DNA of 58,742 nt from a virus. The notes under the pieces are model-generated. The model searched no databases. It was not told the origin of the DNA and saw only the letters and a list, made by a program, of their open reading frames with translations. Shown here piece by piece: positions 9,517 to 17,725 of this stretch. A program made the position numbers and the translations under genes. The number at the start of each line of letters is the position of its first letter. The first letter of the stretch is position 1. Location of the stretch: the IMG/VR virus record IMGVR_UViG_3300036975_000060; one strand, 5' to 3'.

Positions 9517-11171
9517 TTTGATCCTGCCTTTAGGCTTGGAAATAGGTTATAGGTACCATTCCTGGCCATGGTTTCATAACACTGAGCCAATCTGTAATGA
9601 TCAGGCCCGCCCAGTTTTGGAATATAAATATACCGCTGTGATCCGGTTTTTTCGTCTGTTTCCAGCTTTTTAGCAGTGGCATGGCAATGTTTTGCATATG
9701 TTTCAATGATACCGCTCTTTACGGGAAGAACAATATCCTGTTCGCTTATTTCTTTATGGCTGGCGTCCATGGCCTCAGTTCTGTACGATGTAACAGTGTA
9801 ATCTTTCTCATTCCAGTTATAATCGCCCTTCTGATGCTCTGAAAAATAGGATAGAAACACTTTCCCGGGAAATCTCTTTGCAAATAGCCTGGCATCCTCT
9901 TGGTTTGGAAGTCCGTCAATAACACATCGGCCTACATTAAAGCGCTTCATAAGCGCGTCAAGCTCTGACCATCCTTTTTCGATCCCGATAAAAAGTATCT
10001 TACCTTTCTTTGCCGGATGTTTCTCACCTATCACGATATGAAATAAATCCTTTTGTGAACCACCCTGATCAACTCCCATGAATGTTTGACTGATTGAAGA
10101 GCTTGACATGCCGTGATTTCCACAGCAGTCATATACATCCTGAATAGACAGCCGGTTTTCAGCCTCAATATAGGCTCTTCCCAGCCGAAGCCGGATAAAG
10201 TTTGCCTTGTCAGCGTCCGGATGTTCCCATGTATTTAGAAGTGATTTTAAATCAATCCATGGGTAAGAAGGATGTCCAATTGTAAAGCCTATCACGTCTT
10301 TTATTCTAGGTTTCTGAGGCACCCACAGACCAAAACGGGTATCAATTCCTTTGCCGCAATGATGACAGATTCTTATAACTGAGCCATCTTTCTGACGTTT
10401 TAATACCTTCTCGGTGCTTGTCAGGTTCTTTTCGTCCCAATATTCTTCAAGATCCATACAGGTGTAACGTCCACAATGTTCACATTTAGTAAACCAGTAT
10501 TCCTGTGATGAGTCCTGGAATTTCTTATCACTCGCATAATCCGGCAATGTAGGATTCGCAATAAATGACTTTGTTCGTACTGCTGATTTTGCCATACGAC
10601 CATCAACAAACTCAACTATTTTCATGTCCATTTCGTCGTATTCATCCATCACAGCATGATCAACAGGATCTCCCTTGAGTGCAGCACTGGATTTCATGTC
10701 GCCCCGACCTCCTACATCCTGCGACAATCTCCCGGATCTGAAATATAAAAATCCACTTCCAATTCTTTTAATGGTCGATGAGTCTGTGTCTCGAACGAAG
10801 TTTCCTATTGTGTCGGGATTTTCTTTTATGAGAGGGTTAAAACGTGACTTACTGAAATCTGATATTTTATCTTTAGTAGGCATTAAATACATAACGCCAC
10901 GTTGATAATAAGAATACTTTAATCCGTGAATAGTATTTAATATTTCTCCCTCTGAAAAAGTCCCCTGGGTAGCCTTGCGTATGACTTTTTCCGGAGGATG
11001 GATTGACATTGGCCTGACCTGGAACTCATGTCCATTGAGTGAAAAAGGAACATTGCCGATCAACCTGATTCCTGAAGTATACGCCCAAAACCATGGATTA
11101 ACCGATTTTAAAGCCTCATCAGCTCCCGGGCTTAATTGCTTCTCTATGTTGCTGTAATATCTCATTAACAA
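9513..11171 (-). CDS. terL: Terminase large subunit (GpA-like)
   Basis: Walker A-like KATQGTFSEG and Walker B VMDEYDEMD. Zinc-ribbon pair CEHCG...CHHCG as seen in GpA-type terminases. Nuclease-domain acidic motifs GVDQGG and CVIDGLPNQ. Confidence 0.85.
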   Translation of the reverse strand: MLMRYYSNIEKQLSPGADEALKSVNPWFWAYTSGIRLIGNVPFSLNGHEFQVRPMSIHPPEKVIRKATQGTFSEGEILNTIHGLKYSYYQRGVMYLMPTKDKISDFSKSRFNPLIKENPDTIGNFVRDTDSSTIKRIGSGFLYFRSGRLSQDVGGRGDMKSSAALKGDPVDHAVMDEYDEMDMKIVEFVDGRMAKSAVRTKSFIANPTLPDYASDKKFQDSSQEYWFTKCEHCGRYTCMDLEEYWDEKNLTSTEKVLKRQKDGSVIRICHHCGKGIDTRFGLWVPQKPRIKDVIGFTIGHPSYPWIDLKSLLNTWEHPDADKANFIRLRLGRAYIEAENRLSIQDVYDCCGNHGMSSSSISQTFMGVDQGGSQKDLFHIVIGEKHPAKKGKILFIGIEKGWSELDALMKRFNVGRCVIDGLPNQEDARLFAKRFPGKVFLSYFSEHQKGDYNWNEKDYTVTSYRTEAMDASHKEISEQDIVLPVKSGIIETYAKHCHATAKKLETDEKTGSQRYIYIPKLGGPDHYRLAQCYETMARNGTYNLFPSLKAGSN

Positions 11172-11619
11172 CCTGACTTGATATTGATTTTAACATTTCC
11201 CTGTCTTCGTCTGTTAATTGAGGGATCACATTTATTTGTCCTGAGTGCTCATGCTTCTCCGCAGGATAATGACCTTTCAGCTTGTGGACATCCATCCTAG
11301 CTCTCTGGCTTATACCGATGTTGTGAACCTTGTACTGAATAATTGAATCGCCGCTTCCATAAACTTCCTCTTGACCATCATCGCCTTCCTGGTATGAAAG
11401 CGTTCCCGAAGTTGCAATAAGCTTAAATCCAGGCGGTAAATCATTTTGACTAACCGCACCTTTCACTTTTATTATCTTAGGTTCCTTTGATCGAAACTCT
11501 TTTTTCAGCTGCTTAACAAGAAAATCGTCAGTAATACCGCCCTTTTCGAGGAAATCGACAAAGGGGTTCAATAAGTCGTCCGCAATTTCTTTTGCCGTTA
11601 TCTTGCTTTCATCTGACAT
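11119..11619 (-). CDS. Putative terminase small subunit
   Basis: 166-aa ORF immediately upstream of TerL and overlapping it. Call rests on position only. Confidence 0.4.
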   Translation of the reverse strand: MSDESKITAKEIADDLLNPFVDFLEKGGITDDFLVKQLKKEFRSKEPKIIKVKGAVSQNDLPPGFKLIATSGTLSYQEGDDGQEEVYGSGDSIIQYKVHNIGISQRARMDVHKLKGHYPAEKHEHSGQINVIPQLTDEDREMLKSISSQVVNEILQQHREAIKPGS

Positions 11620-11717
11620 GATGTAAGTAGCTTAAATTACTTGTTTTTATTTGTCAATTTTTCACTAGGGGTAGGTTGAGCAGGGAAAGTATGATATAGG
11701 AGGGTTTTATTAAGGAA

Positions 11718-11954
11718 TTATTTTTTCATGTTCTCCTGTTTTATTTTAAAAGATATTAAAAGCGCCTTGTAAGTATAATAAACGGGGATATTTGAAGTGT
11801 ACCTTGTCGTATTAACATACCGCCGCTTAAACACGACGGTATCAATTAACAGTTTTTTGATATGTTTATTGAAATAATACTCTGACATGTACGGGTCCCA
11901 GAATTCCCTGATCTCTTTCCAGCCGTTAAGAACCTCGTCTAAAGTATTGGACAT
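11718..11954 (-). CDS. Hypothetical protein (possible excisionase/MerR-like wHTH)
   Basis: 78-aa ORF with a GGGGAG RBS. The segment GWKEIREFW weakly resembles AlpA/excisionase-type HTH proteins. Confidence 0.4.
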   Translation of the reverse strand: MSNTLDEVLNGWKEIREFWDPYMSEYYFNKHIKKLLIDTVVFKRRYVNTTRYTSNIPVYYTYKALLISFKIKQENMKK

Positions 11955-12065
11955 CTCATATCTCCCCGCTGCATCGTTGCACTCGCAGCTTACCCACCCT
12001 GGCCGCCCACATCATAATATTTTTAATATTGGGCTGTCAAATGGGAAAATTAATCATGCCTTAAA

Positions 12066-12542
12066 TCAATCACTGACAACTTTTGGCTTAGAATTAATAT
12101 ATTCTTCATAATCTATTGCCGCTTTTATGGCCTCGGCTTTAGAATCTTCCCAAAATAGAGAAGTTTCCCATTTATCCCTATATCCTTTTTTCTGCCAAGT
12201 CCATTTTTTACCATCTTCTGATCTAACAATTCTGTAATTGTCAGGGATATCCTCATCAGTATATGTTTTTATTTCCCCATCTTTATAAAAATCACATATA
12301 GAAGCTAAACCTTTTTTTGAAATTGAATATCCATTATCAAGCATAACATAATCACCTTTCATATCTGTTATTTGCCTGATGGCTTTACTTTGAAAAGGGT
12401 CTTCCGGTTGTTCAGATTGGATCCAAAATTGGCCGATTTGCATCATACTTGTTTCTTCTTCATGCGATTGTTTCTCAGTTTCGTGATTATAACACCCCAT
12501 AAAAACCATACAGAAACCAATTATTAATATTATATTTTTCAT
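12066..12542 (-). CDS. Lipoprotein
   Basis: Start at ATG 12542 with an AAGGAGCGAG RBS. N-terminus MKNIILIIGFCMVFMGC carries the lipobox FMGC. Confidence 0.65.
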   Translation of the reverse strand: MKNIILIIGFCMVFMGCYNHETEKQSHEEETSMMQIGQFWIQSEQPEDPFQSKAIRQITDMKGDYVMLDNGYSISKKGLASICDFYKDGEIKTYTDEDIPDNYRIVRSEDGKKWTWQKKGYRDKWETSLFWEDSKAEAIKAAIDYEEYINSKPKVVSD

Positions 12543-12698
12543 ATCTCGCTCCTTTCCTTTAAAAATCAATATCATCCGGGTTAATATAATTTACCTTATC
12601 GCTCTCACGGTGACCCGGAGGCAAATATAGTAAATAAAGAATGCCGGCGGCTGCAAGGCTGAAGAAAGGCAGGATTACGAAAACGGCTATCCAAAATA

Positions 12699-12827
12699 TT
12701 ATGTTTTCGATAATATCTCCCTCACTGAATACCTAGAAACGCATTCACTTTGACCATTATCAATAAATTTAATTCCAATAGAGTTCTTTTTTGCCCGGCA
12801 AAAAATGATACATTTTCGGCCCTTCAT
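12699..12827 (-). CDS. Small Cys-containing ORF (42 aa)
   Basis: Below the track threshold. AAGGAA lies upstream of the ATG. Translation is MKGRKCIIFCRAKKNSIGIKFIDNGQSECVSRYSVREILSKT. Confidence 0.3.
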   Translation of the reverse strand: MKGRKCIIFCRAKKNSIGIKFIDNGQSECVSRYSVREILSKT

Positions 12828-12882
12828 TGTTTTCCTTTTTGAATTATTACCCCATTGGTAGATGTATACTTCCATGGTTTAC

Positions 12883-13344
12883 TCACTTAAAAAGCGGAAA
12901 CAGCTGGGCTTCCGGTTCATATTTTAAGATCTCAATTTCAACCCTCGGATCGTTCTTATCATGCACTATCCGGCTGCCGTCCCAAGATTCAATCTGTTTG
13001 TCGTCTTCGTAAATATAACCTTCGAGACAATCGGCCAGTGATTCCATGGCACCCTGCAGATCTGGGCGCGGCCCCTTGTAGTAAAATATCGCTTTAACGT
13101 GCAAAGGACAGGTTAAGAGCTTGCGCCCGGGAGGTAATATCGCCATTAATTGATCCCGGGCTGCCGCTTCCCATTTTTTATAAGTTTTACCGGGGACGAT
13201 AAGGACCTGAGCATATTTCCAACTTTTACCAAATAAAGCCTTAAACCTGGTTACTGCCTTTGACGGCAGAGGTATAGGTGTATGACTGTTTTTCTTGGAT
13301 CTTATGGTCCCCGAAAGCGTTATTTTTATAGCTGGAAAGCTCAT
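12883..13344 (-). CDS. rusA: RusA-like Holliday junction resolvase
   Basis: C-terminal half aligns by eye with E. coli RusA: PDLQGAMESLADCLEGYIYEDDKQIE versus [27 protein letters not shown]. The second Asp of the DxDN motif is Gln here. Confidence 0.55.
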   Translation of the reverse strand: MSFPAIKITLSGTIRSKKNSHTPIPLPSKAVTRFKALFGKSWKYAQVLIVPGKTYKKWEAAARDQLMAILPPGRKLLTCPLHVKAIFYYKGPRPDLQGAMESLADCLEGYIYEDDKQIESWDGSRIVHDKNDPRVEIEILKYEPEAQLFPLFK

Positions 13345-13679
13345 TACTCTTCGGTGTCCTCTTCTTCCTTTTCATCCTCTCCTCCTTTTTCCGTGAATGC
13401 AATCCGGCCCTGCTTGATATCGACAATCCTTTTTAAGGTCTTGTTCTGTTTCTTTGCAGGAATTGAGGGTTCCAGGATGTAGTTGTAAGGGGTTTTAATC
13501 TCAATAGCTGTATCGCTTTTTGCTGAGAAATTAACCCGCAGGTTAAGAGTTACTCTCTGGTTTTTTTGATCCTCTTGGTCCCCGAAAAGATCATCTATCC
13601 CGTCCTGCTCACTGTCCAATACTTCTGAAATCATTTCTTTTGTTTCTTTGATAATGTCGTCCGTTATAAAATTTGCCAT
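13344..13679 (-). CDS. Acidic hypothetical protein
   Basis: 111-aa ORF with strongly acidic N- and C-termini (ends ...GGEDEKEEEDTEE). Confidence 0.5.
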   Translation of the reverse strand: MANFITDDIIKETKEMISEVLDSEQDGIDDLFGDQEDQKNQRVTLNLRVNFSAKSDTAIEIKTPYNYILEPSIPAKKQNKTLKRIVDIKQGRIAFTEKGGEDEKEEEDTEE

Positions 13680-13707
13680 AATCTTTTTCTCCTTTTTTGG
13701 TTATAGG

Positions 13708-14166
13708 TTAATCAATCAATAAAATATTGTCTTTAAATTCGATCAAATCTTGATCAAAATCATTTTTATTCTGAAAATCATTAAAATATTCTTTAAATCT
13801 TTTTTCCTGCCAGTGTAAATCATCGTAAGAAAGTTTCGATAAATAATCCCAGCCGCCAAGTGCAGAAATAGCTTTTGAAATTGTGGGATTCTCCGATTGC
13901 CTACCATATGTTAAACAATCAATAACTTTTCCCCATGCTTCAGAAGATGAAAGCTTGTTTTTTGACTCTAATAATTCAAGAATCTCAGCTGGCTTAGGGA
14001 AAAACTTGGAATTTTTTATAACGAGTTTAAAGGCTGTTATGCATTCATTGTCTGAATAAGGCTTTAAAATTTCAAAATACGATTCAGCCAAAGTTTTAGA
14101 AATTTCCTTTCCGTGAATTTCTCCGAGTACAGTCATGTATTCAGCAAATATTTTTTTATTGTTCAT
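13708..14166 (-). CDS. Putative helicase loader / replisome organiser accessory protein (G39P-like)
   Basis: The pattern KFFPKPAEILELL after an N-terminal helical region resembles G39P-type loaders. It lies directly downstream of the DUF4373 initiator. Confidence 0.4.
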   Translation of the reverse strand: MNNKKIFAEYMTVLGEIHGKEISKTLAESYFEILKPYSDNECITAFKLVIKNSKFFPKPAEILELLESKNKLSSSEAWGKVIDCLTYGRQSENPTISKAISALGGWDYLSKLSYDDLHWQEKRFKEYFNDFQNKNDFDQDLIEFKDNILLID

Positions 14167-15037
14167 TTTCTTCCATCCATTCAGTTAGATTATTAATAGT
14201 GCGTTCAGTCTTACTGCTCACATTGTTTTTAATATATTGGTGATACCTTCCGTTTGCTATTTTGGTGAAATTTCTCGGCCTGATTAACCACTCAAGGTCA
14301 GCCAAAAAATCAGACTTCTTTCCCATCAGAAACGGACTAATTTTTACGTATTCAAAAAATTTAGCCCACCATTCGATTGACTGCCTTTCGGAATCCTCTT
14401 TCCACCTGGTTCTTAATATTTTTTGAAGATGATCTGGCCATTTTTTTACCATTGGCAGAGAAGGAAGTATTTCATGATATTTATCTATTATTTTTTGATG
14501 AGGGCAAACATCCGTTCCCGAATCTTTCGGGGACGATATATATATATCCTTTCCTTTAGTTTCCTTTCCTTTAGTTTCCTTTCCTTTCCTTTGCGGGTTT
14601 TCAACGCTGTTTATTGTGTTTCTTACGTCAGAAACATCATTTCTTACGCAAGAAACCTCTTTTTTAATGATTTCGGGTATGGTTATTATGCTATTTTTTC
14701 GGTTTCGATAAGCATCTGTTAAACTGTTCAATAAATCTTGTGAAACGATGATGGCTCTTTCCCATAACTCACTGTTTATTTTACCTGTTTTGGCCATTAT
14801 ATTAAGCATATCCATGCCACTTTCTTCATCACAATGGCATTTGGCAAAAAAATAAGCTTTATCCATTTCCTCGGATAAATTACAGTAATGATCGGTTTCC
14901 AGCGTAAGAAACCGCATAACATTCGTAAAAAACCCGGTTCCCTTGCATTGATACTTACTTTCAAGCAGGTATAATGTTCTCCCATCCTTTGCATAGAATG
15001 GAAAATAATCAGCGTTATGTCTTTCAGGACGCGCCAT
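14156..15037 (-). CDS. Replication initiator-like protein (DUF4373 / DnaD-like N-terminal domain)
   Basis: N-terminus ADYFPFYAKDGRTLYLLESKYQCKGTGFFTNVMRFL matches the DUF4373 signature. Contains a KGKETKGKETKGK tandem repeat. Start placed at ATG 15037. Confidence 0.6.
   Translation of the reverse strand: MARPERHNADYFPFYAKDGRTLYLLESKYQCKGTGFFTNVMRFLTLETDHYCNLSEEMDKAYFFAKCHCDEESGMDMLNIMAKTGKINSELWERAIIVSQDLLNSLTDAYRNRKNSIITIPEIIKKEVSCVRNDVSDVRNTINSVENPQRKGKETKGKETKGKDIYISSPKDSGTDVCPHQKIIDKYHEILPSLPMVKKWPDHLQKILRTRWKEDSERQSIEWWAKFFEYVKISPFLMGKKSDFLADLEWLIRPRNFTKIANGRYHQYIKNNVSSKTERTINNLTEWMEENEQ
14547..14592. repeat. 15-nt tandem repeat (about 3 copies) inside the initiator gene
   Basis: The unit tcctttcctttagtt occurs twice with a partial third copy. 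It encodes KGKET repeats on the minus strand. Confidence 0.85.
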
Positions 15038-15039
15038 AC

Positions 15040-15381
15040 TTACCAAACATCCCTTTCCAAATATCGCCGGGCATTTTCATAAGCCAGCTCAAAACCCTGT
15101 CCAACTTTTTTATAGAGAGAAGATTTTTCCAGCTTTGGAAGCTCCATAAAACAATTGTAGCAAAATGCCATACCGCGCTTTTTAGGCTTTCCGCAGGCAC
15201 ACTCCGGCAATAGAAGAAGATGAGCATAATATCTTGCCGGCTTTTCGTCCTGATCACCCTGGATAAATCCTTCCGGGCAGGCTTGTATATTTGATTTTGT
15301 AAGAGGCTTACTACAGTTGTTTACTTCCTGCTCATTAAAAGCTATACACGAATTATTGTAACACTTTATTATTCCAGCCAT
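15040..15381 (-). CDS. Cys-rich hypothetical protein
   Basis: 113-aa ORF with several Cys pairs (CYNNSC, CACG, CYNC). Confidence 0.5.
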   Translation of the reverse strand: MAGIIKCYNNSCIAFNEQEVNNCSKPLTKSNIQACPEGFIQGDQDEKPARYYAHLLLLPECACGKPKKRGMAFCYNCFMELPKLEKSSLYKKVGQGFELAYENARRYLERDVW

Positions 15382-15392
15382 GATTTAACCTC

Positions 15393-15475
15393 AAAAAAAC
15401 AGAAAGCCTCTGGAGTTTTGCAGGTCTGTAACAACCCCCCGGCCATTGCTGACTCGGGACTCCAGAAGCTTTCTG
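15393..15475 (-). terminator. Rho-independent terminator-like hairpin downstream of the C5-MTase gene
   Basis: 17-bp stem between 15400-15416 and 15459-15475. Its single mismatch is a G.U pair only in minus-strand RNA. The 42-nt interior can pair further (GUCAGCAAUGGCC/GGUUGUUACAGAC). A T7 run follows on the minus strand (plus-strand A-run 15393-15399). Confidence 0.6.
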
Positions 15476-15540
15476 AATATTTGAAATTTTTAATCGTTAC
15501 AGTTTGCATGATATATACTTACTCCCGCCCCGGTTAAAAG

Positions 15541-16644
15541 TCAAGGGGTTTTGAATAAGTTTGCATTCTTCAATGCCTGCATAATCGGAACAACCACCTG
15601 CCAGACTATTCCATTTCCGAAAGAACGCAAGAGATCATTTCTATGGGGATACCCATCAACCAGCATGGAAATTCCGGACTCAGCTTTAGGAATTCTCCGG
15701 TGTTTTCCGTCTTGACATAAGATCCAGGCATATTCGTCCCACGCTCTATAAGAGGGGTCAGTTCGCTGTATTGTCTCGGCTGATTCCCTTTTCCTGATTT
15801 GTGATCCCTTGCCGTTGTTGTCGGCCACATCGCAAAGACCTGTCTCGGGAGTTGGTCTATTCTCTGCCTCTTCGATCCGTCCGGGTTTACCCCTGTCTGA
15901 TTCATGCCCTGAGTATCCTTCCAGTCGAGACTGGAAGGGGTTGTCCACAGCGCTACTACCATAGCCCTTAATCGTTGTGTCGTGGTTGGCGGGAGAAGGC
16001 CATTTTGAACATACTCGAGATACTTCTGATCCGTCCAGTTGTCCTGCTTGTGATCTTCCCGGGTCACGGTAGGCCACAATGTACACGCGATATCTTCTGT
16101 GGGGCGCATTTTGGCTGCAAGCTGGAAGTATAATCGGTGGGAGGACTTCATAGCCTTCATTTTCCAGGTCAGAGAGCACTCCGTCGAGAAGTAATCCGCT
16201 GTCAAAATTGATGAGATTATCGACATTTTCAAGGAGGACGCTTTCGGGTTTAACATTTCGTATGACCTTAATTGTTTCCGGCCAGAGCCAGCGGTCGTCT
16301 TTTTCGCCTTTTCCCTTACCTGCGATGCTGACCGGCGGACAGGGGAACCCTGCTGAGAAAAGATTAATTGTTGTTCCATCGTGTTTATAATCCTTTATGT
16401 CTGAATGAATTGGAGTTTCCGGAAAATTAGCCTTTAACCATTTCTGGCAGAAAGAGTCTATTTCTATAAAGCAATGACAGTGATAGTTTTCCCGCCATAC
16501 ATATTCCGCCGCAAGCCTGAACATCCCTGTTCCTGTAAATCCGTCAAGATGATTCATTTCCCCTTTTTCCTTCTCCGTCCAACGGCAGCCAGGAACCCGC
16601 TTTTTGATATTAACAGCCGCCTGTGATAATATATCATCACTCAT
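15541..16644 (-). CDS. DNA (cytosine-5)-methyltransferase
   Basis: Motif I LDGFTGTG, motif IV GFPCPPVS, motif VI LLENV and motif VIII QNAPHRRYRVYIV. C-terminal segment WILCQDGKHRRIP...LVDGYPHRNDLLRSFGNGIVWQVV matches motifs IX/X. Start ATG 16644 overlaps the upstream stop as ATGA. Confidence 0.85.
   Translation of the reverse strand: MSDDILSQAAVNIKKRVPGCRWTEKEKGEMNHLDGFTGTGMFRLAAEYVWRENYHCHCFIEIDSFCQKWLKANFPETPIHSDIKDYKHDGTTINLFSAGFPCPPVSIAGKGKGEKDDRWLWPETIKVIRNVKPESVLLENVDNLINFDSGLLLDGVLSDLENEGYEVLPPIILPACSQNAPHRRYRVYIVAYRDPGRSQAGQLDGSEVSRVCSKWPSPANHDTTIKGYGSSAVDNPFQSRLEGYSGHESDRGKPGRIEEAENRPTPETGLCDVADNNGKGSQIRKRESAETIQRTDPSYRAWDEYAWILCQDGKHRRIPKAESGISMLVDGYPHRNDLLRSFGNGIVWQVVVPIMQALKNANLFKTP
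15606..16379 (-). other. 257-codon alternative (+1) frame ORF nested in the C5-MTase gene, encoding methyltransferase TRD-like peptides
   Basis: It is the longest same-strand overlapping ORF in the window; all others are under 90 aa. Its translation contains WPTVTREDHK, WTTPSSLDWKDTQGMNQTGVNPDGSKRQRIDQLPRQ, WPTTTARDHKSGKG and LSPEFPCWLMGIP. Confidence 0.4.
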
Positions 16645-17320
16645 CAACCCAAGGAGAAAGCTGCTTATGAATCTCAGCATGAACCTTGTCATACATGCCA
16701 AATATCCCCAGAGTAATCCCGAGCGCCTGACATTCTTCCAGCCGGGATCTTAGCATCTGCATCAAATCCATTTTAGTAAGGGAATCAGCTTTTTCAGGCG
16801 GAGGACCAGTCATTATTTCACTTTCTTTGGTTTTGTTTTTAACCATAGTTTTACTCTCCTTGGATTGATTTATTTTCAGATGATTCGGATCGGCAGGCTT
16901 CCAGACTCCCAGCTTTGGGTGTTCTATCCTCCCCTGGCGCCATAAATACCAGCAAGAAGAACAAAGTTCCCTTGCGTGTTGGGGCTTCTCTTTGCAGTAA
17001 ATACACTTCGGTTTTTCAAGGCCCATGTTATAATCCTTTTTTTCCTCAGTCATCGGCTTTTCTCCTTCCGGATATTTATCTCCTAAAATCTCTTTAGCTT
17101 CGCTATCATTCTTAAATTTAATAGCAGCCATATCACTTTCCTCCTGTGGTTCTGGATTTTTAAGTATTTCTTCGCTGATTTGTTCGCGCTCTACAGGCGC
17201 ACTTATGGCGTGATCGTATGGGACTCTTTCTACATATGGCGGCAAATGTCTACAGTCTCCGCACTGCTCCTGTATCATGCCATGCTTACATCGGCCTGTC
17301 GGCTTGAGGATATTGTGCAT
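16637..17320 (-). CDS. Zinc-finger hypothetical protein
   Basis: 227-aa ORF with Cys clusters CKHG..CGDC and CIYC...CSSCWYLWRQG, which look like treble-clef motifs. Confidence 0.55.
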   Translation of the reverse strand: MHNILKPTGRCKHGMIQEQCGDCRHLPPYVERVPYDHAISAPVEREQISEEILKNPEPQEESDMAAIKFKNDSEAKEILGDKYPEGEKPMTEEKKDYNMGLEKPKCIYCKEKPQHARELCSSCWYLWRQGRIEHPKLGVWKPADPNHLKINQSKESKTMVKNKTKESEIMTGPPPEKADSLTKMDLMQMLRSRLEECQALGITLGIFGMYDKVHAEIHKQLSPWVDE

Positions 17321-17336
17321 GTTAGAGGCCTTTTAT

Positions 17337-17522
17337 TTATTTCCAAAGATCTGTAAGCTTTACCATATCCCCGGACCATTCGACTATTTTCAATGATGCC
17401 GCTTTTCCAGGTACTTTGGAGCCTTTAAGGATATCAGTCAAATACTGCCTTGATATTCCTATGCCTTTTGCCGCCTTCGTGATGCTGATTCCACGCTCAT
17501 TTATATATTTTTTTAGTTCCAT
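17337..17522 (-). CDS. Cro/CI-type HTH transcriptional regulator
   Basis: 61 aa. ISITKAAKGIGISRQYLTDILKG is a classic XRE-type helix-turn-helix. It is the first gene of the leftward arm. Confidence 0.75.
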   Translation of the reverse strand: MELKKYINERGISITKAAKGIGISRQYLTDILKGSKVPGKAASLKIVEWSGDMVKLTDLWK

Positions 17523-17530
17523 GGTTGTGA

Positions 17531-17559
17531 ATGATATTTTATATTTTATTCAATGTCAA
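17531..17559 (-). promoter_or_regulatory. Leftward sigma70-like promoter; transcript predicted to be leaderless or nearly so
   Basis: On the minus strand: TTGACA (17554-17559), a 17-nt spacer, then TATCAT (17531-17536). Only 8 nt separate the -10 element from the ATG at 17522. Confidence 0.5.
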
Positions 17560-17587
17560 CTTTTATTGATAGGAGTGACAATTTTTG

Positions 17588-17618
17588 TTGACAACCGATA
17601 TCAACCTATGTTTATAAT
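17588..17618 (+). promoter_or_regulatory. Rightward sigma70-like promoter
   Basis: TTGACA at 17588-17593. The -10 could be TATAAT at 17613-17618 (19-nt spacer) or TTTATA at 17611-17616 (17-nt spacer). Confidence 0.5.
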
Positions 17619-17725
17619 CTTCTCACGTTCAGATAATTTCTATTTTATTATTTATTAAATTCCTATGGAGGTTATCATGCAACCAGCCGGGGTAACGCCC
17701 CGGCAACTCACTAAGGAGAGGGGAT

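Noticed and set aside
14547-14592. Short tandem repeats (here and at 36872-36949) as possible CRISPR-like or regulatory arrays.
   Set aside because: Both are in frame inside ORFs and simply encode peptide repeats (KGKET; GIDTxDGQ). They have no spacer structure.
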